DNA from: a virus
Lineage: Duplodnaviria; Caudoviricetes
Direction: 5' to 3' (one strand)
DNA length: 28,645 nt
IMG/VR virus record: IMGVR_UViG_3300037499_000324
Coordinates: 1 to 28,645 of that record
The translations under genes and the position numbers were made by a program. Positions within the stretch are counted from its first letter, which is position 1. The number at the start of each line of letters is the position of its first letter. The notes beneath the pieces were generated by a model that ran no database searches, was not told the origin of the DNA, and saw only the letters and a list, made by a program, of their open reading frames with translations. Of this stretch, positions 24,750-28,645 are shown piece by piece.

Positions 24750-25772
24750 ATGCCGACAGTCCCTCTTTCCCCGGCGGACAGCCGCAGCTACCTCGGCCTC
24801 GGCGTTCAGAGCGCCAAAGGCACCGCCGTCGCCCCGACCCACTTCGCCACCTACGTCGGCCAGATCACCCACGCCCACAACCCGAACCTCCGCGACGTGC
24901 GGGAGGCGGGCGGCGGAGCGGTTCCCGCCCGCCAGGTGAAGGACTTCCTGGCACCGAACGGCCAGTTCGCCGCCCCGCAGCGGCCCGACTTCATCGCCTT
25001 CCTCGCCGCCCTCTTCCTCGGCGGGGAGACCGGCGTCACCGGCGTCGGCCCCTACGTCCACGAGTTCACCTACAGCGACGTCCGCCAGCTGATGACGGTC
25101 GAACGGAACATCGCCGACGACGTCGTCGAGCGGATCGTCGACGCCGTCGTCCACCAGATGACCCTCAACTTCCAGAAGCGGGACAGCGGCCCCGAGGTCA
25201 TGGCCACCGCCGTCTACGAGGGCCGGACCCCGACCAACGAGGGCAGCACGGCGACGAGCGAAAGCTACGAGACGGACCGGCCGTGGCTGCGGAGCGACTG
25301 CACATGGGTGATCGACACGAGCCTCACCCCGACGAACGTTGAGAGCGCCACCATCGACCTGACGAAGGAGTACGACGCGACGATCCTCGCCGACGCCGTC
25401 GTCCGCAGCGACATCGTCCCCCTCCGCCTCGGCGTCAGCGTCGAGGTCGTCCAACTGTTCGAGAGCGCCGACGAGGCGGCCGCCTACCGGCTCACCCACT
25501 ACTACGACGGAACCGGCACACCGGCGGCGGCACCCGGCGAACTCGTCTACCCGGGCGACCTCGCAGTCACCGCCACGTACGGCGCCGGCGCAGCAGCCCG
25601 CACCCTCCTCGTCGAACTGCCAGCCGTCAACTGGGGCGAGGCGGTCCTGACGGAGAACGACCCCGAGGCCAGCGAGGCCGTCCGGATCACCCGCCGGGGC
25701 ATCGTCGTCGCCAGCGCCGAGGAGCCCGTCACCATCACCGTGACCAACGACGAGGACGGCGACTACCTGTAG
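24750..25772 (+). CDS. Major tail (tube) protein
   Basis: 340 aa; YLGLGVQSAKGTAVAPT, PYVHEFT, LMTVER, and C-terminal ITVTND..DY; precedes the chaperone and tape measure genes. Confidence 0.8.
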   Translation: MPTVPLSPADSRSYLGLGVQSAKGTAVAPTHFATYVGQITHAHNPNLRDVREAGGGAVPARQVKDFLAPNGQFAAPQRPDFIAFLAALFLGGETGVTGVGPYVHEFTYSDVRQLMTVERNIADDVVERIVDAVVHQMTLNFQKRDSGPEVMATAVYEGRTPTNEGSTATSESYETDRPWLRSDCTWVIDTSLTPTNVESATIDLTKEYDATILADAVVRSDIVPLRLGVSVEVVQLFESADEAAAYRLTHYYDGTGTPAAAPGELVYPGDLAVTATYGAGAAARTLLVELPAVNWGEAVLTENDPEASEAVRITRRGIVVASAEEPVTITVTNDEDGDYL

Positions 25773-25851
25773 GAGAAACCCGCCGGGCGACCGAGCGGAG
25801 GGCTACAGTCCGAACCGACGAACAGCTGCTCACGAGAAGGGAGCCACCACG

Positions 25852-26424
25852 ATGAGCACGAGCAACGGCCGACACCTGACCCGGGCAGACATCCTCGCCA
25901 GCCCCGACCTTCCCGAGGAGACCCTCGAAGTGCCCCGCTGGGGCGGCACCATCCTCGTGAAGGCGGTCCCCACCAGCCACCCCCGCTACATCCAGTACTG
26001 GAGCGGGAAGGCGAGGGAGGAACTGAGCGACGAGGAGAAGCAGGTCCGACGCCTGGTCGGAGCGGCGATCATGGCCGCCCACGACGTCGACACCGGAGAA
26101 CGCCTGTTCAAGTTCACCGACGCCGACGAGCTCCGGGAGAAGCACTACAACAGCGTCATCCAGGTCGCGAACCTGGGCCTCACCCTCGCCGGCAACACCG
26201 AGGACGAGGAGCAGGCCCTCACCCTCAACGCCCTCCTCAGAGTCGCGAACTACGCCCAGGCCCACGCATGGCCCGACGGCCAGCAGGACCAACTCGCCGC
26301 CATGCTCACCAGCCTCATAACGCCCGACGAGAACGTGGAGGCGGAGATCATCGACGACCCCGACGACGAGGACGACGAGGGCGCTGACCCCGAGCCGGCC
26401 GCCGTCCCTTTAGCCGAGGCCTGA
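25852..26424 (+). CDS. Tail assembly chaperone (gpG-like)
   Basis: LTRADILASPDLPEETLEVPRWGGTILVK...DTGERLF; lies between the tube and tape measure genes. Confidence 0.8.
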   Translation: MSTSNGRHLTRADILASPDLPEETLEVPRWGGTILVKAVPTSHPRYIQYWSGKAREELSDEEKQVRRLVGAAIMAAHDVDTGERLFKFTDADELREKHYNSVIQVANLGLTLAGNTEDEEQALTLNALLRVANYAQAHAWPDGQQDQLAAMLTSLITPDENVEAEIIDDPDDEDDEGADPEPAAVPLAEA

Positions 26425-26732
26425 GGCCCCCCACCCACCACTACAACGACCTGGTCGAGGAGCACGAACGGTTCCTCGCCACCCACCCGGCGGTGGAGGA
26501 CATGTACCAGCTGAGCGTCCTCCACCTCCACCGCCTGCCCTACGAGGTCATCGCCGACGCGCAACGACGAGGAGCCGACCACCAGGTGTACCTCGCCCTC
26601 GCCATGCTGAGCCGGGAGGCGAAACGCCAGCGGACGGCGAACCGGCGGGCAGCGTGGACGGCCGCCAACCCGAAGTGGGCCCGCATCCACAACAGGGTCG
26701 ACGCCGCCGCAGCCGCCCTGAGCAACCTCTAA
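26406..26732 (+). CDS. -1 frameshift extension of the tail chaperone (gpGT-like)
   Basis: Slippery C CCT TTA at 26406-26412. The -1 frame is open from 26409 to TAA at 26732 and includes ORF 26493..26732. Confidence 0.75.
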   Translation, partial: PFSRGLRPPTHHYNDLVEEHERFLATHPAVEDMYQLSVLHLHRLPYEVIADAQRRGADHQVYLALAMLSREAKRQRTANRRAAWTAANPKWARIHNRVDAAAAALSNL

Positions 26733-26763
26733 ACGAACCCCGCCCGCGTCTAGCCTTCCAGGC

Positions 26764-28645
26764 GTGACCACCCGCGAGAAGATCATCCTGGAGGCCGAGG
26801 ACCGGGCCAGCAGGGAGTTTGACAACGCGACCGGCGGCTTCGAGCGGATGGACAAGACCATGCGGCGGGCGGCGGTCGCCGGCGGCATCGCCATCGCAGG
26901 AGCGGCCCTCGTCCGGGTCGGCGCCCACATCACCAGCATGGCCGTCGACGCGAAAGAGGCCGAAAGCGCCTTCGAAACCAGCTTCGGGAAGGCCCTGCCG
27001 CAGGCGAGCGCCTTCGTCGAGGAGTTCGCCATCAAGGCCGGGTTCGCCACCCACGAGCTCCAGCAGATGCTCGCCGTCACCGGGTCGGTCGTCCAGGGGA
27101 TCGGCGCCACGGAAGCCGAGAGCGCCGCCCTCGCCGAAAGCATGGCCCGCCTCGCCGGCGACGTAGCCAGCTTCTCCAACGCGCAGGGCGGAGCCGAGGC
27201 CGTCATGATGGCCCTGCAGAGCGCCATCAACGGCGAACGGGAAGCCCTGAAGACGTACGGCCTGGCCCTCAGCGAGGCGGAGGTCCAGGAGCGAGCCCTC
27301 CAGGAGACGCAGAAGACCCGAGCGGCGGACCTCACCCGCCTGGAGAAGGCGCAGGCGACCGTCACCCTCGCCTACGAGAAGGCGGGGAAAGCGGCCGGCG
27401 ACCTCGACCGCACCGAAGACTCGGCGGCCAACACCCTCCGCCGCCTCCAGGCCCGCGTGCGGGAGGCCGGCACCGAACTCGGCGGCACCCTCCTCACCGC
27501 CCTCGACGGCGTACTCCCGAAGCTGGAGGAGGCCATCCCCCTCATCGCCGACGCTGCCGGCGGCATCGCACAACTGGCAGCGAGCGCCCTCACCGCGGCG
27601 AGCGGAGGCGTCCCCGCCTTCATCGGCGTCCTCGACGGCCTCGCGATCGCCGCCAACTCCGTCGTGCACGTGGGCGCGGGCCTGGGCGCGATCCTCGGCG
27701 AAATCTGGACCCTCGGAAAGTTCGACAGCAGCGGCAACGAGGCCCTGGCGAAGGCGAGCGCCCACGCCAACGACCTGCGGGTCATCAGCCGGGAACTCCG
27801 CGGCGACATGGCAGCCGGAGGGGACGCCGCCACCGTCTACGCCAACGGCCTCGCAGCCCTCGCAGCCAGCACCGGGATCAGCGCCGACGGCCTCGCCCGA
27901 TTCCAGCAGGTCACCGGAGCGACCGCCGAGGAGCAACGAGCCGCCCTGACCGCCCTCCAGGACCTGGGCCGGCAGGAGAACTGGCGCCCGGAGAACATGA
28001 CCGCCGTCGCCGTCGCCCTCGCCAGCGTCAACGAGCAACTCGGCGGCGCGCCCACCGACTCGTGGATGCACGGCCTGAACGCCATCACCCAGGAGGCGCC
28101 CGAGACGGCAGCGGCCCTCGACGAAATCCCCTCAGAGGCGGAGGCCGCAGCGAAGGCCATCACCGACATGGCGGAGAAGGCGACCGAAGCCGCCGCAGCC
28201 TTCCGCGACGACCTCGCCGCCGAGGCGAACGACTTCATCACCGGCTTCGAGAAGCTGCCCGACAAGGTCGACACGACGATGAGCCAGTTCGAGGCGAACA
28301 TGACGGCACGCATCGAAACCCAGGCCGGCTTCTGGGAGGGCCTCACCACCCTCGCCGCCGCCGGCCTCGGACACCTCGCCGAGGAGATCAGAGCGGAGGG
28401 CCCGACAGCGGCGGGACTCCTGGAGGACATGGTCGGCGACATGGAACGCGCCGCCGAGCTCGACGACATGATCCGCAGAGGCGGCGAACAGATGGGCGAC
28501 GTGACCGACGCCTACGCCACCGCCCTCGAGGACCACGGCGACAGCGTCCTCACCCCACTCGGCGAGTTCGGCACGAGCATGATCGAGGCGATAGCCGAGG
28601 GCATCGAAGCCGGCGACCTGTACGGCCCGCTCCTGAGGAAGGTGC
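26764..28645 (+). CDS. Tape measure protein (3'-truncated by the window)
   Basis: My translation: MTTREKIILEAEDRASREF...LAGDVASFSN...ALQSAINGEREALKTYG...AAGDLDRTEDSAAN. Ala-rich, helical, and open to the window end. Confidence 0.9.
   Translation, partial: MTTREKIILEAEDRASREFDNATGGFERMDKTMRRAAVAGGIAIAGAALVRVGAHITSMAVDAKEAESAFETSFGKALPQASAFVEEFAIKAGFATHELQQMLAVTGSVVQGIGATEAESAALAESMARLAGDVASFSNAQGGAEAVMMALQSAINGEREALKTYGLALSEAEVQERALQETQKTRAADLTRLEKAQATVTLAYEKAGKAAGDLDRTEDSAANTLRRLQARVREAGTELGGTLLTALDGVLPKLEEAIPLIADAAGGIAQLAASALTAASGGVPAFIGVLDGLAIAANSVVHVGAGLGAILGEIWTLGKFDSSGNEALAKASAHANDLRVISRELRGDMAAGGDAATVYANGLAALAASTGISADGLARFQQVTGATAEEQRAALTALQDLGRQENWRPENMTAVAVALASVNEQLGGAPTDSWMHGLNAITQEAPETAAALDEIPSEAEAAAKAITDMAEKATEAAAAFRDDLAAEANDFITGFEKLPDKVDTTMSQFEANMTARIETQAGFWEGLTTLAAAGLGHLAEEIRAEGPTAAGLLEDMVGDMERAAELDDMIRRGGEQMGDVTDAYATALEDHGDSVLTPLGEFGTSMIEAIAEGIEAGDLYGPLLRKV

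Noticed and set aside
193-28536. Numerous long minus-strand ORFs (e.g. 14036..15829, 26548..28071, 8371..9591)
   Set aside because: They are shadows of high-GC + strand genes: Val/Gly-rich, without motifs, and fully overlapping well-supported genes.
1-28645. CRISPR array, integrase/att site, IS element, tail sheath, lysis genes
   Set aside because: No regularly spaced repeats and no recognisable motifs for any of these in the window.

Overview
A high-GC, C-rich 28.6-kb segment of a tailed dsDNA phage or prophage. It looks like a siphovirus with a probable actinobacterial host, inferred from GC content, leaderless promoters and the parS type. All credible genes are on the + strand and many are coupled by ATGA/GTGA overlaps. 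The order is: an accessory/DNA-modification block (wHTH fragment, ASCH, DUF1643, ParB-N + amino-methyltransferase fusion, PLP-dependent enzyme), probable TerS, VRR-NUC, TerL, a C5 cytosine methyltransferase with an overlapping alternate-frame ORF, a sigma70-type-promoter cassette of small genes, portal, MuF-like head protein, protease-scaffold-major capsid fusion, head/neck and fibre-like genes, tail completion genes, tail tube, tail chaperone with a -1 frameshift, and a tape measure gene running off the end. The most notable signals are: (1) two perfect chromosomal-type parS palindromes (GTTTCACGTGAAAC) inside a structural gene; (2) dual-frame coding with LPTP repeats in the C5 methyltransferase; (3) a family of TAGNNT-N7-10-ATG leaderless promoters; and (4) three intergenic segments where a -10 box precedes a folded stem-loop (candidate small RNAs). 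Functional calls come from motif recognition by eye; no searches were run.
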